Assembly (NCBI RefSeq): GCF_030684315.1 | Contig: NC_081372.1 | Location: 31,511,481-31,575,480 of the forward strand | DNA from: Stegostoma tigrinum | Taxonomy: Eukaryota | Length of the DNA: 64,000 nucleotides | Direction: 5' to 3' | Shown: positions 37,713-49,939 of the stretch, piece after piece | Position numbering within the stretch: position 1 is the first letter of the stretch | Layout of the letters: each line of letters opens with the position of its first letter | Position numbers and translations under genes: made by a program | The notes under the pieces: model-generated | Seen by the model: the letters and a program-made list of their open reading frames with translations, nothing else | Database searches by the model: none | Told to the model about the DNA's origin: nothing

Positions 37713-38897
37713 CGCGATTCTTTGTTTTACTTAATTATAAACTTCAGCATCCTGTTAATCTCGATATCAATTTCAGAGCCCACAAGAATAATTTTCCCAT
37801 TACGCCCGAATGTTGGGAAGCCACAGGTATGGAGCGTACTGTACATATATGGCGACGGCAATTGTGCGTGGGATCTCCGTTGCTTTATAGCTATTAATTT
37901 TAGTGGACTGGTATTGTTCCTGCTGGGTAAAACGCCAGACTATGAGCAAATTAAGAATAATTAGTCTTTATTGCCTACATCATCAAAATTACTTCCTTTC
38001 TGTCTTACCTTCCTCTACCGTGACGTAAATCCCACCTGCCGTCCACAGACATACCCATAATTTGTTTCAACTCCCTACATGTCTCATCATCCTTCTCACC
38101 TCCACCTTTCCCAAATTTCAACGTATCCAAGAGCCCGCATCAGCCAGTAGCCCACCATATTCTATTAATTGGTTACTTCTACCCTCGTTCGTTTGCACAG
38201 GCTCTGTCCTCCAACACCTGTACGTTAAAATTCTCTCCAGGGCTAAGAGGAGCAACCACCTCCCACCACCCCCGACTAAAAAAAACCCTCCTGCCCTTAC
38301 TGCGTTTCACTTTGACTCAGTTGATGGCGTTCTTAGGGTTAGAAAGCTGTGGGTTCAAGACTGCACATTATAAACAGATACACTAAGGTGTATACAACAG
38401 TAACAAATGTTGCATTATAGAGCCGCCACCATTCGGTGCGGTCTGAGAACTCTACGTACAAACTGGCCACTCCCTCTGGCTATCGCACACACCGCTGACT
38501 GCGCTTCAAAAAATAATCCATTCACATATACAGAAGCCGGTAATGTGATAAGGTGCCACATAAATGCAACAGAATTCTTCGACTACTGATGACAGTCAAG
38601 TGTCCGCAAAACAGCAATGAGGTGACTAATGCTACTAATCATAGAAAAACTAGAATAAGGACAGATCTTCCATTTTGTAACTAATGAAAGAAAATGGTGC
38701 TCATTTTTACGGTTCTTTATTATCTCTAACGTTTAAAAACGCAGTATTCCCTTAGTATTCCACTGCTATGCTACTATTTGGATTAATTGCTTTAAAACTT
38801 TCCACTTGTTTCTTCTTCTGTATCCCCGTTTGCCTTAAAACTCACCATTTTGACCTCGGAGACAGCAAGAACTAGTATTGGAGTTACAGTCCACACA

Positions 38898-39046
38898 GTG
38901 CGGAACTGGAGGAATACAGCAGGTCAGGCAGCATCAGAGGAGCAGGAAAGTCGAAGTTCTGTAGAAGGGTCCCTACCCGAAACCCTGACCTTGCTATTCC
39001 CTTGACGCTGGCTGACCAGCATGCTGTATTCTTCCAGCTCCACACC
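38898..39046. mobile_element. Older hairpin element from PLE family-B-like pLTRs
   Basis: Inverted arms (ctggaggaatacagca / tgctgtattcttccag) flank agttctgtagaagggtccctacccgaaac, a decayed HHR. Confidence 0.75.
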
Positions 39047-39074
39047 ATTTAGTAGTACCTAGCTACTCATAAAA

Positions 39075-39212
39075 GTTAAACTAAGAATTATTGATGCTGG
39101 AATCTGAAACAAAAGTTAAAAACAACTCTAAAGAGCATCACTGGACTGGAAACTGTGCTTTTTCTCCACAGATGCTGCCAGAACTGCTCAGTTTCTCCAG
39201 CAGTTTCTGTAA
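39075..39212. mobile_element. PLE family-A pLTR-derived fragment
   Basis: ctccacagatgctgccagaactgctcagtttctccagcagtttctgt, preceded by a decayed HHR and an inverted tail. Confidence 0.65.
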
Positions 39213-39839
39213 ACCATAAAGTTTGTTGTCTTTTCATCTGTTCCTCTGTTGCGTGTCTCAGGATTTACTTCTGCACTAAAGCCAACGTGTTATTGCAAAT
39301 ATAGTTCATTGCTTCTGCTCCCACAAGCATGCACAGTTCAGCAGAGGTAAGCAGATGGTGATTAATACTGTAGAACCCAGTTATTTATGCTTCCCCAAAC
39401 TAAGCAAGTGAATGATTGTTGAATAAGTATAATATGCTCTGGCTAAGATCCACTAATTTAGTGCAGATCAGGGATCAAACCTAACTTATTCTGCGCTGCA
39501 TGGCAGTTGGATAATTCACCAAGTCATTGAAAGAGACAGAATTAATCCCTCAAGAACCTGGATGCTGTTCTTAATTAAGAAATGCTGGGGATTATTACAG
39601 TAACCCCTGACTAGGCATCAAAAGGATTGCTGCTGGACTTAGTGTGCAAAAAGCCACAGGTGAGCTGATTGGTTCGTGATGATGAACCTATGATACATGG
39701 CTCTAACTGAGGCTATGAAACAAAATACCATTCTCTGTATTCTTGATAAGAAAAATAACCTAAATTTTACCAGCGTTTGTTGCTAGGTTCCCCATAGTGC
39801 AAAGGTGCCACGAAATTCCATTCCCTCCTGGGCATTGTT

Positions 39840-40716
39840 TCATAATGAACTGAATTGACTGACATTATTCCGCCTAGAGCAAAGCTTCTAGTCTATATCT
39901 TCTCCATCAGAAAACCCATTCACCTCTGAAATACGACGTTCCATTCCTGCTTTAGTTCATCTGTTGCCAAAAACCTTCATTCATATTTCTGTTGTCTTCA
40001 AATACAAATATTTCACTGTGGACCTGGTCGTCTCACACTTATCTACCCTCCACAAACTAAAGCTCATTCAAAATTCTGCTTCCCATATCCTAACAAGTGC
40101 CAAATTCCAATCATCCAATTAAAATGTTCTTGCTGATATACATTTGTTCTTGGTTGACTAGTGGCTTGATTTTGAAATTCCGATCCTTACATTCAAATTG
40201 TCCTTAGCTCTCTCCCTCTCTATCTCTAAAGACTCATACAACTCTATTATTAATGTTGCTGCTAAGTTGTGCAAATTTGTGGTACACAACAGCCTAGATG
40301 GTACAATTGCAGGTCTTATTATATGATAATGTGGTTGATGGCCGCAAAAATAATTTAAAGGATCACTCACTAACAAAACTGGCCCCTTACAATAACTACG
40401 TTTTGAAGGAACATGTTCTATAGATCTCCAAGAATTCTGCTCCTCTAATCTGGCTTCTTGTGCAAACCCCATTTCTTACATTTAAATATTGGCACATGTT
40501 TCTTCAAGCTGTGAAGCCAACAAGTTTCTGGAACATTTGTGATTCTTTTCCCAAACCTCTCTGCCTTTGCTCCTTCAAGACATTCCTTAAATCTAGCTAT
40601 CCAAATGTCTCCTTCTTCTTTGGCTTGATGTTCCTTTTTGTCTGATTACACTTCTGTGAAACATCCTGAACCATTTCAGTAAATTAATAGTGCTATATAA
40701 ATGCAAGTTATTGTTA
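39840..40716 (+). mobile_element. L2-type LINE 3' region
   Basis: Remnants of KLKLIQNSA and an L2-like terminus gtgctatataaatgcaagttattgtt. Confidence 0.6.
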
Positions 40717-42574
40717 TATTAATTGCCTCCATTTGATATCAATACAGAGTTAAACTTTTGCGCATAATTATTCACAGATATATATTTTACTATTGGAAGA
40801 TTTCAGCATCAATGCTTAAATTGTTATTGTCCAAGTTTACAAATGACGGTTTACATGTACATGGTACTCTTTTGATTTTGGTGTGAACTCACTGTAGATT
40901 GTGTAAATCATTTCAGGTCATTTGAAGAAGAGCCAGAATTCCCTAAATGGCCTTTGGCATATAATCATTGGATAATTATCTGTCCTAATTCACATACAGA
41001 CTGTTTGGAAACATCTAATCTATAATTCAACAGATCCATTTGGGCTTGCAATTCCTGAAGGAACTTGCCAGCTAGTCATCTTTTTTCATCATTGAACAAT
41101 AATGACCTTTGAGACCAAAGACTGCTTTGGTTCATTGGATGTGTTCAGATGGCTTAGATGATTAAACATTGACAGGGAATTCAATTGTTGAAAAGGAAAG
41201 CTTCATGGTTGATAACAAAAAAAAAGTTTCAAATACCAGGATAGAACTTCTGTATCGACAAATAAAAAGAACTCATGTATAATAACACAGAAGGTAATTC
41301 CAGCATCCTAGATCATACTGAAATTACTGTTTAATCTCTAATTGTATTTTCATATTTTTAGCAGTTTTCTCCTTGTACCTGTGTGGTTGATTGAGTAAAT
41401 ATTAAAAGGAATCCAACGAGTTAAAAGATACAACATATTTCATTTGCATACTTAAGAGAGCAATATCAGCTCTTAATGCTAAGATACACAACTTTAGATA
41501 TAGGCGGGCTGTTATAGTTTTCTCTTTAAGGTATTTGGTTTGACTCGAGGGCAAATATCTATAAAATATTAAAATCAAATACATTGAATTAGGCAATTCC
41601 CAGTTAAATGAATAATCAATTACTTGTTAAATACATCAAGGTACATAGAGGCAGTGTAGGAAAATGGCCTTGAGGTAGAAGATCAGCCATGACCTCTTTA
41701 AATAGTGGTGCCAGTGTAAAGGGCCAAACAACCCACACCTGCACCATTTTCAATGTTCCAACCTACTCATTTTATATTCATTTCTCAGAAACACAGTAAA
41801 ATTCATGGAGCACATCAGTTATACAGGTCTTGTTCATTTGATGTTATAATGGAAAAGGCTTAATGGAAAAGTTTCAGTTCACTTTATCTGTCATGCTTTT
41901 ACCTGATGTGGCTTTGTAGCTGGTGTAAATAATATGTCTGGCAAGATTCACCAATCAAATCCATCAGATGCTGTTTAGTTCCAGCCTTTTCTGTTTTTAT
42001 TTAAATGATGGCACCCATCATAGTGAAGACACCTGTGTGTGCTTTGGCATTTACAATAGGGAGAATTGTAATCTGATTTACACCAAATTGTCTAGTTAAT
42101 GCAAAACAGCTATGAAATTTATATTTATTTGTTAACACCATAAGATGTCAAATGTCAAATAATGAAATTGAAAAATTTCATCAAGTTTAAGATGCTATTT
42201 TTCAGCATCCAGTTTAAAGTTCTAGTTTCTAATGTGAACACTTAATGAAGTCGCACTGCACAGTGTCAATACACAAAAATGTTAAAACATGCAGTATTCA
42301 AACTCGTAAATGCTTATTCCTAGAGAAACAATGAGAATAGGCACATTACAATCCCATCACCATTGTGTTTCCCTTCAAGACAACACCATTGTGATTTGAA
42401 AGTAAATCACAGTTTGGTCAAACCCCGAGAATGCACCACCCCACAGCACCACCTGGGTTTACCACTTACACTGCAGTGGTTCAAGAACGCAACTCACCTT
42501 TTCATGGGCATTTTCGGGATGGGCATCATATGTTGGCTTTACTAGTGGAATCCATATTTCATCAGGGGTTGATT

Positions 42575-42750
42575 TCCTCAATTGGCTGAAAGGCTGATTT
42601 GTCATGCAGAGTGATCCCAACAACACTGGCTGAAGTTACCATGAGGACTTGCCTTCTTAACCTCTTCCCCTTAAACTGAGGCATTGTGACGCTCAGGTTA
42701 AGCCACCCTAATAAGACAGCAACCCTACTGTATGGTAGGAAATGCCCCAT
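42575..42750 (+). mobile_element. tRNA-derived SINE (family of 1215-1405), within a CR1-type 3' end
   Basis: Shares sequence with the reverse complement of 1215-1405. Confidence 0.55.
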
Positions 42751-44476
42751 TACTTTACCTTTACCTTTATATCCCATGTGTGAACAAAAAGAAAATTGCA
42801 GCCTATTATTTTAGCAAAGTTGTCTATTAATTTAAAAATACTCTTTTTAACATAGTCAATGGAGGAAATTTTCTTTAATGTATTTCTAGGTCAATGTCAC
42901 ATTGTATAACTTTATTCTATAGCTTCCTTTCTAACATGACCTATGTAAACAAAACAGCCACTTACAAAAGGAAATACTAAACAGATCTGAGCTGATTCAA
43001 ATGAAGGAAAGTTTTGAACCAATGTGATTTATCTTTATATGAGTACTTTACACAATAAATCTTGCTGAACAATATTCACATGTATTAACTAGTTCAATTC
43101 GTAAACTGATTAATACTTTCAGCGGTCTTCAAGAAACCTGCCAGAACTTTCTCATGATCTGGAACAAAAACAAAAGCTACTGTAACTACTCAGCAGGTCA
43201 GGCACAATCTGTGAAGAGGGAAACCTAAGGCATATTTTAATGGTATGAGACAAGAACTTTCAAAAGTTAATTGGAATAGACTGCTCGCAGGTAAAGGGAC
43301 GAGTGACAAGTGGGAAGCTTTTAAAAGTGTGATGATGAGAGTTCAGAGGCATTACGTTCTTATTAGTCTGAAAGGTAAGGCCGGTAAAATTAGGGAACAA
43401 TGGATGAATAAAGATATTCAGGTTCTAGTCAAGAATAAAGAAGAATCATATATTGGATATAGACAACTGGGATCGAATGAATCTCTTTAAGAGTACAATC
43501 TTTTGAAGAGTATAAAGAGCATGAGGGGGCATTCTTAAAAGGGAGATCAGGAAGGCAAATAGGGGATATGAGATAGCTTTGGCAAATAAGGTTCAAGATA
43601 ATCCAAAGACATTCTACAAGCAAATTAACAGCAAAAGAGCTACTAGAGAGAGAGTACGGCCCCTTAAAGATCAATGAGGTTGCCTTTGTAGTGAACTTCA
43701 GGAGAAGGGAGAGATATTAAATGAATATTTCATGTCAGTTTTTACTGTGGATAAAGAAATGGAGGCTACAGGACTCAGGGAAATAAATATTGATATTTTG
43801 AAAACAGTTCACATTACAGACAAGGAAGTACTGGAGTTCTTAGAAAACATAAAAGGTAGATAAATCTCCGGGATCTGATCAAGTGTATCCCAGGATGTAA
43901 GAGAGGAAATCGCAGAGCCCCTAACAAATGTATTTTCACCTATGACACGCGCGAGGTGCTGGAGCACTGGAGAGTGGCTTTTGTTGTGCCTTTATTTAAG
44001 AAAGGCTGTAAGGAGAAGCCAAAAAAGATTGATGCGAGCAAAGCAGTAGATGTTGTTTACTTGGACTTTAGTAAAGCTTTTGATAAGGATTTCCATATGG
44101 TAGACTAATTGATAACATCATAACAGGGATTCAGGGTGACCTTACCAATTGGACATAAAATTGGCTTGACGGTACGAGATAGCCGGTGGTAATGGAGGAT
44201 TGATTTTCAGACTGAAGGCCTATGACAAGCAGTGTTCCAAAGGGATTGGTACTGGATCCACTTTTGTTGTCATTTATAAAAATGATTTAGATCAGCATAT
44301 AGGAGGTATGGTTACTAAGTTTGCTGATGACACCAAAATTAGTAATGTAGTGGACAGTGGAGAAAGTTATCTAAGATTACAAAGAAATCTTGATCAATTG
44401 GGTTAACGGGCTAAGGAGAGATGTATTGCATTTTGGTAAAACCAACAACGGCAGAACTTATACAATTAAAAGTAGG

Positions 44477-44974
44477 TTTTTGAGGTTGGTTAGCTCACCG
44501 AGCTGGTTTGTTGTTCAGCAGACATTTCGTTACCGTGCTTGGTAACATCCTCAGTGCAGCCTACGATGAAGCACCGGTCTGCTTTTCCACCTGGTTTTTA
44601 AACTCTGGGGTCGATTGTGATGGATTGCCTCACTTCCAGGTTTCCTCCTTACTGGAACGTATATAGGGTCGAGTTCAATGTGTTTATTAATAGCCTGTTT
44701 CGTGGAATGCCATGCTTCCAGGAATTCTTGTACTTGTCTCTGCCTAGCCTGTCCCAAGATCTTTGTGTTGTCCCAGTTGAAGTTGTGGTTCTCCTTGTCC
44801 AAGTCAATTGAGATGAGTGAGTATTGGTCCGACACACCGACGCTTCATCAGCAGCTGCACTGATGATATTGCCAAGCATGGTGACGAAACATCTACGGAA
44901 CAACAAACCAGCTCGGCGAACCACCCAACCTCAGCATCCACAACCCAAGCTACAGATCTACTCCAAAATCTTAG
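44477..44974 (-). mobile_element. Truncated Penelope/Poseidon-type PLE (family C) with inverted pLTRs, two HHR motifs and a 13-bp TSD
   Basis: ORF 44551-44835(-) NHNFNWDNTKILGQ...EFLEAWHS..AINKHIELDPIY resembles a PLE endonuclease C-terminus. Inverted repeat at about 44481-44572 versus 44842-44933. TSD aattaaaagtagg (44464-44476) / aattaaaggtagg (44975-44987). Confidence 0.85.
44518..44557 (-). ncRNA. Minimal type I hammerhead ribozyme motif (PLE family C)
   Basis: GCA-CUGAGGA-U-GUUACC(AAGCAC)GGUAAC-GAAAU-GUC-UGC: stem I GCA/UGC, 6-bp stem II and a GUC triplet. A second copy at 44857-44896(+) reads CUGAUGA...GAAAC-AUC. Confidence 0.72.
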
Positions 44975-47900
44975 AATTAAAGGTAGGGCCTTGGGCAGTG
45001 TTGTAGAACAGAGAGACCTAGGAGTTCAGGTACATAATTCTTTGAAATGTGTATCAGAGGTAGACAGGGTGGTTAAGAGAGCATATAACATGCTTTTCTT
45101 CATTGTTTAGATCTTTAAGTAAATGAGTTGGGATCTTCATGTTGAGGTTACAGAGTACGTTGGTGAGGCCTCTTCTGGAGTACTGCACACAGTTCTGGTC
45201 ACCCTGTTATAGGAAGGATATTATTAAATTGGATAGGGTTCAGAAAAGATTTACCAGGATGTTGCTGGGAATAGAGGTTTTGAGTTATAAAAAATAGATA
45301 GGAAAGACTGAGATGTTTTTTCATTGGAGCATAGAAGGTTGAGGGGTGACCTTATACCGGTTTATAAAATCATGAGGGGCATAGATGCAGTGACTTAGCA
45401 AAGGCCTTTTCCCTAAGGTGGGGAAGTTCAAAACTAAGGGGCATATTTTTAAGGTGTGAAAAGAAAGGTTTAAAAAGGACAAGAGGGGGCAATTTTTATT
45501 TAGTGGTAAGTATGTGAAATTAACCGCCAGAGGAAGTGGTAGATGCTGGTACAGTTGCAACATTTAAAAGTCTTTTGGACAGTACATGAAAAGGCTTGGA
45601 AGAATATGGGCCAAAAGCAGAAACACGAAACTAGTTTAGTTTGTGAACATGGTCAGTGTGGACTAATCGGACCAAAGGATCTGTTTCCACGCTGTATGAT
45701 TCTATGAAACACTGTCTAATTTCAGACTTGGCACCTCAGCAAAAGTCAAGTGGAGGTCCAAGCAAATGCTGGACCACTTCACTGGCAGCATTTTCTGAAC
45801 TGTCTAGTGAATAGCAAGGATGAGGTACCTGTTTAGGTTCCTTAAAGAAAGCTCTAATCGAAGGTGGGAAGAATTGGACTGATCGTACAAACAGTGCATG
45901 AATCCAATAACGTAGGAAATATCCTTCTGAAACTGAGCAATAAGATTTTGTTTCATTCAAACATCCCATTGATATTCTGGATTACAATTAAGGGACCAAA
46001 AAAAACTTCAATACTGTTGGAAATGTAAGGATGTACTGCGTACCTAGACATCTTGGGAATTGCAGTGATAAGACACAAGACTTAAATAGATCTGTGGATC
46101 TCATTTTGAATTTGATATTTTAATGGCTATATTTCCGCCAATTTTATTTCAATTACATTTCAATGAAATTTCTAGTTTGGGTGGGAATTTCATCTTCTAC
46201 TTTCATAGCATTGAGAGTTATTCATTTATTTGGCTGAAGTTCTCTCCTTTGAAACTCAAGGCTATTACAAAATTGCAATCTTCCTGTTAACTGCAAACAT
46301 TACATAGTGTAAATGTCTTTTCAAATACCTTGAACAAAAATATCACACTGAGGACAGATGATAACTTCTGCAATATCATACTGATTTTACAGAAGTATTT
46401 TTATTGCTGCATTTTCCTAGGGGAAATGTGTGCTTTACTATTTTCTAATTTGATGCTGTGTCTGAGTACTGAAAAAGGGTCAGTGTTGTGAAGAAGTTGG
46501 CTGTTGGTTTGGTACAATGGGCTGTTGCAACTCAGATGGCCTTCATCCCTAAACAGTCATGACCTGGAAAGCACCCACTGTGGGTTCAATCTCAAGAATT
46601 CTCATGAGTGTGCAAACCAGCCCAAACATTGAGCATCAGAATGCAGGCCTTTTTAATCATATATTGTTGGCTGTTAGGGTTACAGACTGTGTTGCTGAAG
46701 AGCAGAAAGATTAAACACTTAATTATCCTGGGCTTTGCAAGCGGTAAATTAAGAAGCATAAAGACTCCAATGAAACTGCCTTATAATCTGTTTACATCTG
46801 AAATAAGAGAGCATCTTTTTTCAAAGTTGCTGCAGTTGAAGGTAGTGAATTCTTTGGATAGTTCAGTAAATATCCATGAGATTGGAAATTGACTTCCCTG
46901 CAGCCTGTACAAGGGAATGGGGACGTACTTTTCCATTCCATTTGAATTTTTTTGTGTCAACTGGTGCAATATCTTCATCCACACTGGTAACAGGCTCTGA
47001 GTTAGTGTGTCGTGAAGGGTTCAATTGACAGTGGTAACAGGGTGCCATTGGAGTGAGATAGTGCTTGCAAATAACTAAGAAGAAAATGAAAAGGAGATAA
47101 CTCCTGAAATGGTGAAAAAGCTAGATGAAGGCCACAATAATAAATAAAGAATGAAATAAATAAACTATGCTAAAGGAGGGACAAAATATGGAATTTGAGG
47201 AAACTGGCAAAAGATATGTCAGAGGCCCTAGAAATTATTAGCTGAGTATCCCGCGTGCTTTGGGGTTCTGATGTTCGAACCAAAATGGAGTCTTGAGTTC
47301 ACACTTGCTGGTGGTACAGGCACCGAGATGTTCCAGCCAGGCAGATCCTTCTGATCACAGAGACATTTTCCATGATCTTTTGGGGCTGCCTTCATGTGGC
47401 TACCTCTTTGCTCCATGGAACTATTAAATATAACTACATAAAAGGAGGCTTAGACCCATCATACCTGCATTACTTTCAGGTAGAACAATCTAATTTATTG
47501 AGATCTTTTTCCTCAAATATTTATGCAGTTTCTTCTAAAAGCTTTCATGTACTTTGCTTCCTCCACTCTTCAGACAATGCCTTCCATTTGCTAATAATCC
47601 TTCAGCCACCAAAAAAAATTCTAACTTCTCTTTATTCCCTTGATAATAAAAAGTTAATTTATATGAGAAGAGTCATCATCATCTGTAATTTTTTTTATCA
47701 ATCTTCTCTCCTTGATGCTGCTGGCTAGTTATCTCCAGCAGCTTTTTTTAAATATTTCAAATTTACAGCATCTGCAGTGTTTATTTTTGTGTTAAGTTTA
47801 TGCCGGCCAGTTACAGAATCACTGAATATGAAAATAGTTTTTCCTATGTACCTAATCAATGCAACTCACAATTTTGAACAATGCTGTTACAGTTCTTCTG

Positions 47901-49069
47901 AATTTTTTCAGTTCTAATAAAAATCCTCATTACCCATTAGCTCACATTATAAATAAAGCTCAACAGCTCTGTTATCATTTTTGTTAATCTTGTATGTACC
48001 CTCCTGATGGTCTCGATACCTTTCCAAAGTTGAACACCCAAAACCACACAATAATTAACCCATACTGTAACCAACAATATATAGAATCATACAGTCCCAC
48101 AGCACACAAACAGACCCTTCTAATATATTGTTTAGCATTTTCTCTTTGCTGTCATACGTTGTTCTCTATGAAATATAAAATTGTATGTATAATTTTTTAC
48201 GGCTGTTTTTGCTCTCTCACTTAAAAAGGCTTGTGCATTTGAATGCTAAGCCTCTCTGCTCTTTTTCTCTGGATTAGGCAACACACTTTTCTCTCTAAAT
48301 TTATCAGGAGCTTTGTTTAGAGTCTTTTAATGAGGTTTGCAGGAGACTCTAAACGAGAGTCAAAAACAAAATAGTGGATACTACACAAAGTAGCTAATTT
48401 AACAAAGTGCAAACTGTTCTATTGAATTGAATGCAAGTGAATTATGTTATCATTAACAGCAGATTGATAGCAAACATTGCATAGAATAACAGATTTAACA
48501 AGGTAGCAAATGATGTGATTAATTTAAGGTAGCTATATCATTTACAATTGTGTCAATTGTTGATACATTAAAATTGATCTCCTGAAATAAACCCACTATG
48601 GAATGGAGACTTGACAAGGTTAGCCTGCTTAGCCATAAACAAAAAGTTTTGGTAACAACTTTAAAATTGAAAGACAGCGAAAAATACCATGAGCTGCTCC
48701 TGATCTCTCACCATACATTTGGTGGCTGTTTTAAGGAATCAACATGAACGGCATTGTTTTTGTCATATCATTAAGGGTTCTGCCAATGCATAACCCCAAA
48801 CAAAAGTTACAGATGATTGACTATAAAATGAGAACAAAATACAATATATTTATGTCAAAAAATTAAGAAAGGTGTAGTTTATTGAGGAAAATAAGATCAA
48901 AAGTAAGCCATCAAATCTATTTTGCTATTTAACAAGTATGTTACAGAGCTGGATCTTAAATCCATCTACCCATCTTGATTTGCTATCCCTTAACACTCTT
49001 GGCTAACAGAAGTCTTTGATCTCTGATTTAATTGAACTAGGACAAAGTTGATTAAATCCTAAACATACA

Positions 49070-49930
49070 AATAATGAACAAAGAACAACAGTAAGCCACT
49101 CAGCCCTTCGACCTTATTTCACCATTCAGTAAGATCATGGCTGATATTATTTTAAATTCACATCTACATTTCTGCTTCACCAGATGATCATTCATCAATA
49201 ACCTATTTGCCGCTGTCTTGAAAATATTTAAAGGATCTGCATCCAATGCCTTTTGCAGAAGGGAATTCCAAAGGTTCCCAACCTTCTGATAGATTTTTTT
49301 CTCCCTATCTCTGTTTTAAATCTCTGCAGCAGCAGAACAGGCAGCTATGGGCTCACAGGCCTGGGCTTGTCTTCTTCATCTTCATTTTGTTTTCCTTCTT
49401 CTTTCTCGAACTTACCTGATAAAGAGAGTTCTTTGGCAAGAGGTGGCTTCAATGGGCTCGGGAGCAGCGGCAGCGGTGGCACCGGCAGCATCTTCAGAGA
49501 CAGTGCAGCTACCGAGTCGGTCAGTCAGCCTGTGAAGCCTGCAGCTGGAATGGAAAGGCCTGGCGTGGACTGGGAAGCCCAGAGTGGGACACTCTCAGCA
49601 GCATGGCGTGGGTTGGGAAGGCCTGGAACGGCACTCTGGCGGCAGCATGGAGAAGGAAAAGTTGGACTCTCTTTAAATTATCTTTCTTTAAAATTTCATT
49701 CCAAGTTAATGTGAATGGGGTCTATGCACGGTGGCAGTACACACTTTTCACTGCATTTTATGTTGAATACACATGACAATAAAGAGTATTCTACTCTATT
49801 CTAAATGTGTGATGCTCTTTTTTTAAAATTATGATTTAAATTAATTCTAGATTCTGCAACAAGAGGAAATACACTTTACACATCCACCCAGACATGTCCC
49901 CTCAGGATCCCGTACATTTCAACTAGGTCA
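49070..49930 (-). mobile_element. CR1 3' end interrupted by a plus-strand retroelement 3' end (about 49322-49803)
   Basis: CR1 reverse-complement motifs lie on both sides. The insert ends ttttcactgc...catgacaataaagagtattctactctattcta. Confidence 0.6.
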
Positions 49931-49939
49931 ACTCATGTG

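Larger units (their letters stand above)
34400..38620. other. CpG-rich domain covering Rhp2 and about 2.6 kb upstream
   Basis: CG dinucleotides are visibly frequent here and scarce in the flanks (judged by eye, not computed). Confidence 0.65.
43228..45706 (+). mobile_element. CR1/HER1 ORF2 and 3' end with internal deletions; hosts a PLE insertion
   Basis: ORFs 43245-43490 and 44200-44406 (VTKFADDTK) and a tail ctgtatgattctatga. Collinear with 17.7-19.9 kb. Confidence 0.9.

Noticed and set aside
47480-47600. Minus-strand KWKALSEE resembling an HMG box
   Set aside because: The nucleotide sequence matches a decayed CR1 3' region read in another frame.
49253-49714. 153-aa Ser/Gly-rich ORF
   Set aside because: It starts in antisense CR1 and runs through an inserted retroelement fragment. 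It has a non-ATG start and low complexity.
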